Of a stretch of 64,000 nucleotides of DNA, positions 21,667 to 31,363 are shown piece by piece. The position numbers and the translations under genes are program-made. A model generated the notes under the pieces. It was given only the letters and a program-made list of their open reading frames with translations, had not been told where the DNA came from and ran no database searches. This DNA comes from Candidatus Gastranaerophilales bacterium (GTDB lineage: Bacteria; Cyanobacteriota; Vampirovibrionia; Gastranaerophilales; Gastranaerophilaceae): NCBI GenBank assembly GCA_944326475.1, contig CALVEC010000010.1:3602-67601 (forward strand), read 5' to 3'. Each line of letters opens with the position of its first letter. Position 1 is the first letter of the stretch.

Positions 21667-22374
21667 ATGAAAAAGTTTATTCTTGTATTGATGCTTGCAG
21701 TATTTGCAATGCCCGCACTAAAATCTGACGCATTAACTTTTACTGAAAAAGAACACGGATTTATTTCAGTGACTGTTTCGTCGACAAACGAAGTAGAGCC
21801 GGACACCGCAGAAGTTGCGTTTTCTGTAGAAACATCTGCACCGACAGCTCAAGCTGCCATGAAAACAAACAATGAAAAGACAGACAAACTTCTATCGGCG
21901 CTAAAACCACTTCTTGCACTTGACAAACAAGACACGGTTTCAACAACAAGTATTTCTGTAAAACCTGTCTATTCTTATGACAAAAAGGGCAAAAAACATT
22001 TTCAGAATTACACAATGCAAAACACCATCAATGTTAAGACAAAGGACATAAAAAATGTGTCGAAAATTATTGACACTGCGGTTGCAAACAATGCAACAAA
22101 CGTTTCTGACATAAGATTTTATGTTGAAAACGAAAATCTCTATTCGGCAGCACTTATAAAAGAAGCAACCCAAAAAGCTGAGTCAAACGCAGAAATGACT
22201 GCAAAATCAATTGACAAAAAGCTCTGCGGAGTAAAAAGAATTTTCGTAAACTGTGTTCAAAACAGAGGACCTGCTCCTGCTGCTTACGGTGCAGCTTTTG
22301 CAAAGTCTACACCTGTTGAAGCACAAAAAGTGAAAATGGAAGTATACGTTAACGCTGATTTCTACGTAAAATAG
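21667..22374 (+). CDS. SIMPL-domain (DUF541, BP26/OMP28-like) secreted protein
   Basis: Signal peptide MKKFILVLMLAVFAMPALKSDA. ...GFISVTVSSTNEVEPDTAEVAFSVET...AQAAMKTNNEKTDKLLSALK matches the SIMPL pattern. The track starts at TTG 21658. Confidence 0.75.
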   Translation: MKKFILVLMLAVFAMPALKSDALTFTEKEHGFISVTVSSTNEVEPDTAEVAFSVETSAPTAQAAMKTNNEKTDKLLSALKPLLALDKQDTVSTTSISVKPVYSYDKKGKKHFQNYTMQNTINVKTKDIKNVSKIIDTAVANNATNVSDIRFYVENENLYSAALIKEATQKAESNAEMTAKSIDKKLCGVKRIFVNCVQNRGPAPAAYGAAFAKSTPVEAQKVKMEVYVNADFYVK

Positions 22375-22390
22375 TATAATATATGCAATC

Positions 22391-22427
22391 AAAAACCCGG
22401 GGTTTTATTTTACTCCCGGGTTTTTTT
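22391..22427. terminator. Bidirectional intrinsic terminator between convergent genes
   Basis: AAAAACCCGGGG-loop-CCCGGGTTTTTTT. The CCCGGG arms (22396-22401 and 22415-22420) are flanked by an A-run and a T-run. Confidence 0.8.
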
Positions 22428-22448
22428 GACACATCCATTCTGAATAAA

Positions 22449-23744
22449 TCAGTCGTCTCTTTCGCCCATTTCTTCATATTCTTCAATACTAACAGTGTTT
22501 GGTGCCTGGGCTTCGTCCTGAAGACCTTTTGCAAGCAGCTGCGGCTGTTTTGCAATCAGCGCGTCATCCGCTTCGACGATATCCCTGTTATCTGCAATCA
22601 TAATCAGGCGTATAGTCGTTTCAGTGGGTGCACCGTCTTCCGCCACTGCCTCTTGAACAGAGTAGCTTTCCCAGTCGTCAGGCAGTTCATCTATTGTTGT
22701 GTAACCCATATTATTGTCAAGACGCTTGTCTATTTCTTTTTTCAGAATATCTTGAACATACTTTTTCTGGGACTTAAACCTGCAAGGTATAACGATATTT
22801 GTACCGATTATTTCCTCAGGGTCTTTTTTGTCGTATTTTTTTACGAGTTCTGCGGCGTAGCGCATGTGCTCAATTTCAAAGAGCATAAACATTTCCCAGA
22901 TTTTTTTGATACGTTCATCAACCTCGTCCTCCATACAGGTATAGTAGTTGCAAACCTCTGTAAATTCGTGCAGCAGCAATTTTTCATACATAGACTCGGT
23001 CGGGTCAATCAGAGATTCGTACATCGAGACGTGTTCTTCTTCCACGTCGCAGATTTCTGCGTAAGTTTCTCTGAGTATATCATTTCCGTATTGCATACCG
23101 TGTTCGGCATAAAAATTATGCGTTTGCTGCTCACCTGAGACAAGAGTCAGGATGTTTACTTTTGTTTGCGGGGCTGCAGTGTCTTTGTCATAATGCTTTC
23201 TCAGTCTTATTGCATTGTCATTGTGATGGTTTTGCGTCGGACGACCCAAAACGACATCAGTCTGCCCCTGCACTATATCAGACGGTTCTATTCCGTGAAT
23301 CATATGTGCCCACTGGCTGTAGCGGTACAGGTGGTCAAAATCTTCAAGCAGACCAAAGTCAAACGTTTCTTTGACGTATTTGTCCGGTTCATTTTGCGCA
23401 AGCCACGCCGTTAAATCAACAGCGACCTGTTCATATCCGAGAGTTGTTTCAAGGACGGACTGGTCGCTTGGTGTAAGCCAGTTTACGGTCGTTTGCTGCA
23501 TATCTTCGATACGCCTTGTCTGGGCAATAAATTTGTTTATCTCAATATCATCAGAAAATCTTGCAAAGGCATGTTTAAAATTCCACGCCTCTACCTCGAT
23601 TCCGTTCATAAGAATCTGTCTTGTTCTCGTATAACAGTCAACATCTGTTTTATTAAAGGGTTTTTGCACAATGTCGTGCCAGGTTCTCAGTTGTTCATCA
23701 ACAGGAATCCCTTTTTCTTTAAGCGGATTAAAAGTTGTAGTCAT
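22449..23744 (-). CDS. Ferritin-like / di-iron-carboxylate superfamily protein of unknown function
   Basis: About 431 aa, all-helical. Repeated carboxylate/His motifs (LEDFDHL, DVEEEHVSMYE, LFEIEHMRYA). The best SD (AAAGGAA) precedes the third ATG at 23744. The track ORF starts at 23759. Confidence 0.55.
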   Translation of the reverse strand: MTTTFNPLKEKGIPVDEQLRTWHDIVQKPFNKTDVDCYTRTRQILMNGIEVEAWNFKHAFARFSDDIEINKFIAQTRRIEDMQQTTVNWLTPSDQSVLETTLGYEQVAVDLTAWLAQNEPDKYVKETFDFGLLEDFDHLYRYSQWAHMIHGIEPSDIVQGQTDVVLGRPTQNHHNDNAIRLRKHYDKDTAAPQTKVNILTLVSGEQQTHNFYAEHGMQYGNDILRETYAEICDVEEEHVSMYESLIDPTESMYEKLLLHEFTEVCNYYTCMEDEVDERIKKIWEMFMLFEIEHMRYAAELVKKYDKKDPEEIIGTNIVIPCRFKSQKKYVQDILKKEIDKRLDNNMGYTTIDELPDDWESYSVQEAVAEDGAPTETTIRLIMIADNRDIVEADDALIAKQPQLLAKGLQDEAQAPNTVSIEEYEEMGERDD

Positions 23745-24049
23745 TTTCATTCCTTTCATGAATAATGCGTATCTTTTTCATACGCCTTTTTAATACGTTT
23801 GTATTTTAATCTTTATCGGTTTTAAAAACATTAACCGCGAGTACGGGTACGTATTATCCGATTGTTTAATATAAAATTTTTTCAAAAAAATACCACCTTA
23901 AATTCTGCACTTCAGTTGTGTATATGAAAATTTTTTACTTTTCTTAATCTAATTTAGACTTTTTGGTGGAATGATTTTTTAGTTATATTTATTATCATAA
24001 TAATGTTGAAATCGTCGTTTAAAATATAAGCAAAAAGGAATGACCCGTA

Positions 24050-24289
24050 ATGACAAATGACAAGGCTTCAAGGTTAAGACAGACAATTCTAATGTGCAAC
24101 ACGGAACTTACGAAGCTAAAACCAAAACTCGAAGAATCCGAAGAACTTAATGAAAAATATAATAAAGTTTTGATTAAAAAGGCAATCTGCCGTCAAAAAT
24201 TAAAAGCTATGAACAAGCCTTTGCTGTCCAAAATTTTCGGGTTGTTTAGAAACAGAAACGAAAAATTAATATGCGATTATTTTAAGTAA
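24050..24289 (+). CDS. Hypothetical small coiled-coil protein (79 aa)
   Basis: Isolated short ORF with an AAGGAA upstream. Lys/Leu-rich. No motif. Confidence 0.4.
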   Translation: MTNDKASRLRQTILMCNTELTKLKPKLEESEELNEKYNKVLIKKAICRQKLKAMNKPLLSKIFGLFRNRNEKLICDYFK

Positions 24290-24349
24290 ACCGTAAATTT
24301 TGCAGGCAATAAGTAAAAATTCTGCCGCGCTGTCACTGAAAACGCAAAA

Positions 24350-24925
24350 TTATACAAATTTTTCAGCAATATAGACAAAGACACCTGCAATTGCACCCAA
24401 TAAAATTAGCAGCATCGGGCGTTTGCGAAGGAAAAATCCGAATACGGAAAAGAAACATAGCATCATTAGCGATTTAAGGGAAATTATGTCAGTTATTCTG
24501 TAGGTATTTGCAAATTTGTCCGGAGTTAAAATTGTTGATGTGAAAATTTGTATTGCGGCAACTGATATAAGCGCTACTGCTGCCGGTCTCAGACCGTACA
24601 TAACATATTCCGTAAAACAATTGTTTTTGTATTTTTTTAGAATTTTTGACAGTATCGGAACGATTATTACAGACGGCAAAACAACAGCTACCGTGGCAAG
24701 CACGGCACCCAAAAATCCGTTTGCCTGAAATCCTGCATAAGTCGCCATATTTATTCCAATCGGACCGGGCGTAACGTTGGATACTGCTATCATTTCAGTT
24801 ATAGTATCCGCGTCATACCAGTGATAGACCGGAATCAGATAATACAAAAACGGTATAACCGTATATCCGCCGCCGACAGCAACACATCCTATTTTGAAAA
24901 ATTCCGTGAATACATCAATCAGCAC
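24350..24925 (-). CDS. chrA: Chromate transporter (CHR family), half-size subunit 2
   Basis: 191 aa polytopic. CVAVGGGYTVIPFLYY motif. Overlaps the upstream half-size paralog by 11 nt. Confidence 0.8.
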   Translation of the reverse strand: MLIDVFTEFFKIGCVAVGGGYTVIPFLYYLIPVYHWYDADTITEMIAVSNVTPGPIGINMATYAGFQANGFLGAVLATVAVVLPSVIIVPILSKILKKYKNNCFTEYVMYGLRPAAVALISVAAIQIFTSTILTPDKFANTYRITDIISLKSLMMLCFFSVFGFFLRKRPMLLILLGAIAGVFVYIAEKFV

Positions 24926-25472
24926 GCTTTTCTCCCCTTAAAATTTTGACAGCCACCCCGAAAATACCTGATAAAATGATTACCCAAAACGGCGAAACAT
25001 CAAACAAGAGAGTTGCAGCTATTGATATAACAAAAATTGCAGCCGTCCAAAAATCATGCACGGATTTTTTCCACAGCTCCGCTATAGTTAAAAAAATCAA
25101 AACACAAACTGCAATGCCTATTTCATTAAAAATACACTGAACAATCGGATAATGGGATATATTTCCGAGCATTGTTGCAAATATTATCATGGCAATAAAT
25201 GCGGGAAGGCACATACCAAAAATGCACGCCAATGCCCCCAATATACTTCTTGCGCTGTAGCCGATGAACATGGAGACGCTTCCTGCAACTATTCCGGGAA
25301 CACACTGTGCAAGTGCATAATAGTCAATCATTTGTTCCTGCGTGCATATCTTTTCTTTTTCAACAATTTCTGACTGTAAAAACGGAAGTATTGCATAGCC
25401 GCCGCCAAAAAGCACCAGACCTATTTTAAAAAATATCCAGAATAATTTAAAAAGACTGATTTTCTTTGTCAT
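24915..25472 (-). CDS. chrA: Chromate transporter (CHR family), half-size subunit 1
   Basis: 185 aa polytopic. LVLFGGGYAILPFLQSEIV motif. ATGA overlap with the lpxB stop. Confidence 0.8.
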   Translation of the reverse strand: MTKKISLFKLFWIFFKIGLVLFGGGYAILPFLQSEIVEKEKICTQEQMIDYYALAQCVPGIVAGSVSMFIGYSARSILGALACIFGMCLPAFIAMIIFATMLGNISHYPIVQCIFNEIGIAVCVLIFLTIAELWKKSVHDFWTAAIFVISIAATLLFDVSPFWVIILSGIFGVAVKILRGEKRAD

Positions 25473-26593
25473 AACTGCAAATCTTCTGATATAATCTGTG
25501 CCACTTTTCTTGACGATTCTTCCTGTGACAGGAGGTCGTGAACCTTTGAAAGCTCCTCTTGCATTTCCTCCCTGTATTTGTCATCCTTCAATAGTCTTAA
25601 TATATTTTTTGCAATAACATGCGGATTTGAGTCTTTTTGCAAAAGTTCCGGTACAATATCTTTGTCCATAATAATATTAGGAAGACAAACACGCTCAATA
25701 CAGCGTACCAGCCTGTATATTAAGTATGCAATCCAGGGACCTCTGTAGCTTATTATCATCGGAGTTTTGTACAGCGCAGCTTCAAGCGCTACTGTGCCTG
25801 ATGCAAGCATAAGTACATCCGCAACGCTTAACAGAGCCTGATTGTCTCCTTTTATAACTTTTACATCAGCGTCTTTAAAGTATTTGCGAAAAATTTCGTC
25901 TTTAAGGTTCGGCGCCTGGGAAATTACAAACTGAACATTTGTGTACTCTTTTTCAATTATATTTTTTGCTTTTAAAAATACCTTCATAAGGTATCTGAGT
26001 TCAAACTGACGGCTGCCCGGAAAAATTGCAACAAGCTTTTTAGCAGGGTCAAGACCGTACTTTTCAAAAAATTCATTGTGCACTGCCGGCGGAGGAAGCT
26101 GTGATATAAGCGGATGACCTACGTATTCAGCTTTAATACCTTCCCTTTCATACATCTCTTTTTCAAACGGGAATATTGTCATAACCTTGTCAATATTTTT
26201 TTTGACAGTGTTTATTCGCCATTTTCTGGACGCCCAGATTTGAGGAGGAATGTAATAATAAATTTTTAGTCCGGCTTTTTTCAAAAATTTTGATAAATTA
26301 AGATTAAATCCGCCGTAGTCAATCATCAGCACAAGGTCTGGCTTGTATTCATTTATCAGATAGCCGGCAAGTCTTTTGCCAAGCATGTAATGGTCAAAAA
26401 GTATTTTTAAATCCAGCCCCATTGCAGACATCTTTGAATGGTCGGAAAAGAGTTTTACATTGAGTTTTTTAAGCTCCCTGCCGCCAATCGCTTCAATCTG
26501 CAAATCAACATCCATATCGTACAGCCGTTTTACAACTGCCGCTGCATGTGCATCTCCTGAAGCCTCTCCGGTAATTATAAAAAGTTTTTTCAT
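25469..26593 (-). CDS. lpxB: Lipid-A-disaccharide synthase
   Basis: 374 aa. GT19 N-terminus MKKLFIITGEASGDAHAA and typical length. 4-nt overlap with lpxI. Confidence 0.9.
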   Translation of the reverse strand: MKKLFIITGEASGDAHAAAVVKRLYDMDVDLQIEAIGGRELKKLNVKLFSDHSKMSAMGLDLKILFDHYMLGKRLAGYLINEYKPDLVLMIDYGGFNLNLSKFLKKAGLKIYYYIPPQIWASRKWRINTVKKNIDKVMTIFPFEKEMYEREGIKAEYVGHPLISQLPPPAVHNEFFEKYGLDPAKKLVAIFPGSRQFELRYLMKVFLKAKNIIEKEYTNVQFVISQAPNLKDEIFRKYFKDADVKVIKGDNQALLSVADVLMLASGTVALEAALYKTPMIISYRGPWIAYLIYRLVRCIERVCLPNIIMDKDIVPELLQKDSNPHVIAKNILRLLKDDKYREEMQEELSKVHDLLSQEESSRKVAQIISEDLQL

Positions 26594-27408
26594 ACTGCCA
26601 TCACAATAATGTTATGTTTGTTTGCGTACTCTATAAGTTCTTTTTGATTAACAAGAATTGTCTCGTTTGCCTCTACGGCTATGATTTTTGCGCCGTATTT
26701 TTTCATGACTTTGAGTGTGTTAACTCCGACAGCAGGGATATCAAAACGCTTATCCTGAGTCGGTTTGCTGACCTTAACAATAACAACATCTTTCTTGCCG
26801 CCGAGCTTACAGCCGCGCTCTATACATTTGTCAGTACCCTCGATAGCCTCAACAGCCATAATCATTTTGTTTTTAATAACAACAGACTGCCCGACATCGA
26901 GTTTGCCCATCTCTTTTGCAAGCCAGTAACCGTATTCAACATCCACAATCTGTTCCGGGTCAGGTTCGTGAATACCCAGCACACCGGGCGGTGCTATAAG
27001 ATTTTTTATAAAAATAGTCTGGTCGAGAACGGTTATTCCCATTTCTTCAAGCTGGTCGACAATTATCAACATAACAGCGTCGTCATTAAGTCTCTGTGCT
27101 TCTTTCATAAGGCGAAGCGCTTCCATATCGAATTTTGGGCATCTTAATAGCAGTCCTTTATGAACTTTACCTATAAAGGTAAGCTGCGTTATGTTTTCAT
27201 TTCTTAGTGTTCTTTTTATGCGTAAAATTTCTCCCGGTCCGAAGTTGTAGACCTTTGAACAATACTTTTTCAACTGGTTTCTGTTGTCGGAAGACAAGGA
27301 AATAGCTATCATTTCAAAGCCGTTTTCAACAGCAGCCTTAGCGACAGCAACCGGCAAAGCGCCGTCACCGGCTATCAAACATTGTCTTTTATCCAATACA
27401 ATCGACAA
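26590..27408 (-). CDS. lpxI: UDP-2,3-diacylglucosamine pyrophosphatase LpxI (DUF1009)
   Basis: LIAGDGALPV near the N-terminus and ...MIMAVEAIEGTDKCIERG... The TTG at 27408 has AAGGAGAGG 5 nt upstream. The track uses ATG 27432. Confidence 0.8.
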   Translation of the reverse strand: MSIVLDKRQCLIAGDGALPVAVAKAAVENGFEMIAISLSSDNRNQLKKYCSKVYNFGPGEILRIKRTLRNENITQLTFIGKVHKGLLLRCPKFDMEALRLMKEAQRLNDDAVMLIIVDQLEEMGITVLDQTIFIKNLIAPPGVLGIHEPDPEQIVDVEYGYWLAKEMGKLDVGQSVVIKNKMIMAVEAIEGTDKCIERGCKLGGKKDVVIVKVSKPTQDKRFDIPAVGVNTLKVMKKYGAKIIAVEANETILVNQKELIEYANKHNIIVMAV

Positions 27409-27670
27409 AATTACCTCTCCTTCATGTCTCATATCGTCTCTTTATCATACTATAAAAATAATTCAGTTTACAAATATTTTTTTGTTTAAGTTTCTGCATG
27501 TGCCGGAAATGTCCGCCTTTGTTTGAGAAGAAAATCCGCCAGCATGATAATAGTTTCGCAGCATTGTGCGTTGTTTTGATACACCTGCATAATATATCTC
27601 TAATCTGCTGAGGCAGGAGATTAGATGTTTGTATAAAAAATATGTTTGTATTACCATGTTGGCGTGTAGG

Positions 27671-27698
27671 TATAATTAAAGGATAGTTATAAGGAGGG
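27671..27698 (+). promoter_or_regulatory. Candidate -10 element and SD of the PFOR gene
   Basis: Perfect TATAAT at 27671-27676 and AAGGAGGG at 27691-27698, 10 nt before the ATG at 27709. No convincing -35 seen. Confidence 0.35.
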
Positions 27699-27708
27699 TA
27701 TTTAAATT

Positions 27709-30700
27709 ATGCCAGGAAAAACAATAACAGTTGATGGTAACTACGCCGCAGCGCATGTTGCATATGCTCTCAGCGAAGTATCAGCAATTTACCCTATCAC
27801 TCCTTCATCTACAATGGGTGAATGGGTCGACGAATGGGCGTCCCAGGGAAAGAAAAACATTTGGGGCAAAACAGTCAGAGTAGCTGAAATGCAGTCAGAA
27901 GCCGGTGCAGCCGGCGCCGTACACGGTTCACTTGCGGCAGGTTCTTTGACTTCTACATATACGGCATCACAGGGCTTGCTTTTGATGATTCCTGTAATGC
28001 ATAAGGCAGCAGGTGAAATGCTTCCGCATGTAATTCATGTTTCGGCACGTGCGCTTGCTGCACAATCACTCGCTATCTTCGGTGACCACTCAGACGTTAT
28101 GGGCTGCAGAAACACAGGTTACGCAATGCTTGCCGCCAACTCTGTTCAGGAAGAAATGGATATGGCACTTGTTGCACACCTGTCCACTTACAAAGCTAAA
28201 GTTCCGTTCTTGCAGTTCTTTGACGGTTTCAGAACTTCTCACGAAGTACACAAAATCGAAGAAATTTCATACGAAGATATTGCAAAACTCGTTGAGCCTA
28301 AATACATTGAAGAATTTAGAAAAAGAGCACTGAGACCGGAAGCACCGGTTTGCAAAGTCGGTGCACAAAATACAGATGTATACTTCCAGGGCAGAGAAAC
28401 AGTAAACAAATACTATGACGCTGTTCCTGATATTGTTCAGGAATATATGGACAAAGTTGCAGCTGTAACCGGCAGACAGTATCACCCGTTTGACTACGTA
28501 GGTGCTCCTGATGCTACTGATGTAATTGTTGCAATAGGTTCAGGCTGCGAAACTATTGAAGAAACAATCGAATATCTGAATGCAAAACGCGGTACAAAAT
28601 ACGGTCTTGTTAAAGTTAGACTATACAGACCGTTCGACGTAAAACGTTTCAACGCAGCACTTCCTAAATCCGTTAAGAGAATTGCCGTTCTTGACAGAAC
28701 GAAAGAACCGGGTTCAATCGGCGAACCGCTCTATATGGATGTTGTTGCAGCACTCGACAATAAAGAAATTAAAGTTATTGGCGGACGTTACGGACTTTCT
28801 TCAAAAGAATTTACTCCGTCAATGGTTTACGCTGTTTACAAACACCTTGAAAACAATGGTTTCCACGGTTTCAGCGTAGGTATCGAAGATGATGTAACTC
28901 ACAAATCATTAAAAATTGAAGAACACATAGTTACAGAACCGGAAGGTACTACAAACTGCATGTTTTGGGGACTCGGTTCTGACGGTACTGTCGGTGCAAA
29001 CAAAAACTCCATCAAAATCATTGGTCAGTACACAAACAAAGATGCGCAAGCATACTTTGCTTATGACTCTAAAAAATCATTTGGTGTTACCGTTTCTCAC
29101 CTGAGATTCGGCGACAAACCGATTAAATCAACTTACCTCATCACGGCGCCGGATTTTGTATCCTGCTCAGCTCACGCATACATCGGCAGATACGATATCT
29201 TAAAAGGCATTAAGGAAGGCGGCACATTCCTTCTGAACAGCCCGTGGTCAAAAGAAGAAGCATTCTCTCACTTAACAAGAGATATGCAAAAAACTATCAT
29301 CGATAAGAAAATCAAATTCTATAATGTGGATGCTGAAACTCTTATTGAACAGCAGCCCGGTCTCAGAGGCAAAGGTGCAAACACGGTTATGATGGTTGCA
29401 TACTTCAAAGTATCAGGCATCATCCCGTTTGAACAGGCACTTGAAGGCATGAGAGAAATGACAAAGAAAACCTTTAAGAAAAAAGGTGACGACGTTGTTA
29501 ACATGAACCTTGCATTGATTGATGCAGCTGTTAATGCTACTGAAGAAGTTGTTGTTCCTGCTTCATTAGACGGTGTAAGCGCTGCTGATGACGTAAAACT
29601 CATTCCGGATAACGCTTCTGACTTTGCTAAGAAAATCATTGAACCGTCAATGAGACAAAAAGGCGATGACATTCCTGTTTCTGCAATGTCTTGTGACGGT
29701 GTAATCCCGACAGGTACGGCTTGTCTTGAAAAACGCGGAATCGCTCCGAGAGTTCCTCACTGGAACCCTGAAAACTGTATCCAGTGCGGTATCTGCGCTT
29801 CTGCTTGTCCGCACGCTGCAATCAGAACAAAATTGATTGAATCAAAAGATTTGAAAGATGCACCGGATTCATTCAAGACAATCCCTGCAAAACCGGCACT
29901 CGCTGACGAGCAGTTCAAAGTTCAGGTTTACTGCAAAGATTGTACAGGTTGCGGCGTATGCGTTGATCAGTGCCCGGCTAACAAAAACCCTGAAAAACCG
30001 GCTCTTACCTGGTCTACAATCGAAAAAGAAGAAGATGCTTTTGAAGTTATCAATGAAAAATTCTTTGACGAGCTTCCTGACAATGTAATGGGCAGAAACA
30101 CCACAAAAACAATCAAAGGTGCAATGCTCAGAAAACCGTTGTTTGAGTTCTCCGGCGCTTGCGCAGGCTGCGGTGAAACACCTTATGTTAAACTCGTTTC
30201 ACAACTGTTTGGAGAAAACGCTATAGTAGCTAACGCAACCGGTTGTTCTTCAATCTACTCAGGTACATTCCCGACCATTCCTTACACAAAAACAAAAGAA
30301 GGTCGCGGTCCGGCTTGGGCAAACTCACTGTTTGAAGACAATGCTGAGTTTGGTTTCGGTATGAGACTTGCTGTAGACCAAAACAGAGATACTTTGAAAA
30401 CTTACGTTGAAAAAGTTCTTGAAAACGAAAAAACACCGGCTGATTTGAAAGAAGCTCTTGAAGGTGCTATGGCTCATTTCGGCAACTCAAAAACAGAAGA
30501 AGCTATAGCTGCACAAGACAAAGCAAAAGCAGCACTTGCAAAATATGCGGATGCTCCTTGCGCTGACCTTGCAAAAGTAAGAGAGCTTCAAGACTACTTC
30601 ACCGACAAATCCATCTGGATTATCGGCGGTGACGGTTGGGCAAACGATATCGGATACGGCGGTATTGACCACGTTCTTGCTCAAAACCAGAACGTAAACA

Positions 30701-31242
30701 TCCTCGTACTCGATACAGAAGTCTACTCAAACACAGGCGGTCAGGCTTCTAAATCAACTCCTACCGGTGCTGTTGCTAAATTTGCTACAGGCGGTAAGAA
30801 AACTTACAAGAAAAACATGGGCTTGATGAGTATGTCTTACGGATATGTCTATGTTGCATCAGTTGCTCTTGGTGCAGACAGAGCACAAACTCTTAAAGCA
30901 TTCCAGGAAGCTGAAGCATACGACGGTCCGTCTATCATCTTTGCTTATGCACCTTGTATTGCTCACGGTATTGACATGTCCAAAACCCAGACTGAACAAA
31001 AACGTGCAGTCGAAGCCGGTTACTATCCGCTTTACAGATACAATCCGGCAAATGAACAGCCTTTCACATGGGATGCAAAAGACCCGAAAGGCAGCTATCA
31101 AGACTTCATCAAGAGCGAAGGACGTTACAAATCACTGGTTAAAACAAACCCTGACCACGCTGAAGAACTCTACGCTCAAGCTGAAAAAGATGCTGCTAAC
31201 AGAATGGCTGTATTCAAAGCAATCGGCGAACTCGTTAAGTAG
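27709..31242 (+). CDS. nifJ: Pyruvate:ferredoxin (flavodoxin) oxidoreductase, single-polypeptide type
   Basis: 1177 aa. Two 4Fe-4S ferredoxin motifs (CIQCGICASACP, CTGCGVCVDQCP) and a TPP-binding block GGDGWANDIGYGG. Full-length similarity to NifJ/PFOR. Confidence 0.97.
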   Translation: MPGKTITVDGNYAAAHVAYALSEVSAIYPITPSSTMGEWVDEWASQGKKNIWGKTVRVAEMQSEAGAAGAVHGSLAAGSLTSTYTASQGLLLMIPVMHKAAGEMLPHVIHVSARALAAQSLAIFGDHSDVMGCRNTGYAMLAANSVQEEMDMALVAHLSTYKAKVPFLQFFDGFRTSHEVHKIEEISYEDIAKLVEPKYIEEFRKRALRPEAPVCKVGAQNTDVYFQGRETVNKYYDAVPDIVQEYMDKVAAVTGRQYHPFDYVGAPDATDVIVAIGSGCETIEETIEYLNAKRGTKYGLVKVRLYRPFDVKRFNAALPKSVKRIAVLDRTKEPGSIGEPLYMDVVAALDNKEIKVIGGRYGLSSKEFTPSMVYAVYKHLENNGFHGFSVGIEDDVTHKSLKIEEHIVTEPEGTTNCMFWGLGSDGTVGANKNSIKIIGQYTNKDAQAYFAYDSKKSFGVTVSHLRFGDKPIKSTYLITAPDFVSCSAHAYIGRYDILKGIKEGGTFLLNSPWSKEEAFSHLTRDMQKTIIDKKIKFYNVDAETLIEQQPGLRGKGANTVMMVAYFKVSGIIPFEQALEGMREMTKKTFKKKGDDVVNMNLALIDAAVNATEEVVVPASLDGVSAADDVKLIPDNASDFAKKIIEPSMRQKGDDIPVSAMSCDGVIPTGTACLEKRGIAPRVPHWNPENCIQCGICASACPHAAIRTKLIESKDLKDAPDSFKTIPAKPALADEQFKVQVYCKDCTGCGVCVDQCPANKNPEKPALTWSTIEKEEDAFEVINEKFFDELPDNVMGRNTTKTIKGAMLRKPLFEFSGACAGCGETPYVKLVSQLFGENAIVANATGCSSIYSGTFPTIPYTKTKEGRGPAWANSLFEDNAEFGFGMRLAVDQNRDTLKTYVEKVLENEKTPADLKEALEGAMAHFGNSKTEEAIAAQDKAKAALAKYADAPCADLAKVRELQDYFTDKSIWIIGGDGWANDIGYGGIDHVLAQNQNVNILVLDTEVYSNTGGQASKSTPTGAVAKFATGGKKTYKKNMGLMSMSYGYVYVASVALGADRAQTLKAFQEAEAYDGPSIIFAYAPCIAHGIDMSKTQTEQKRAVEAGYYPLYRYNPANEQPFTWDAKDPKGSYQDFIKSEGRYKSLVKTNPDHAEELYAQAEKDAANRMAVFKAIGELVK

Positions 31243-31262
31243 TTTGAGGCTGTTAATAATTA

Positions 31263-31293
31263 AGAGGGGCATCGGAAACGGTGCCTCTTTTTT
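31263..31293 (+). terminator. Intrinsic terminator of the PFOR gene
   Basis: AGAGGGGCATCG-GAAA-CGGTGCCTCT followed by a T-run. About 10-bp stem including G-U pairs, with a GAAA tetraloop. Confidence 0.8.
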
Positions 31294-31363
31294 ATGCAAC
31301 CGTCACCAGCTTTTCTCAGGCATGCATTCCTCGCAAATTTCCGGTGCATCAACAGGCGGCGGG

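Noticed and set aside
22383-23138. 251-aa plus-strand ORF (plus 23162..23765 ORFs) opposite the ferritin-like gene
   Set aside because: It is antisense to a longer ORF with coherent helical and metal-ligand motifs. It starts inside the bidirectional terminator and has a Phe/Cys-rich nonsense-like composition.
26614-27147. 177-aa ORF antisense to lpxI (and similarly 3556..4014 antisense to era)
   Set aside because: The sense genes carry diagnostic motifs. The antisense products have none.
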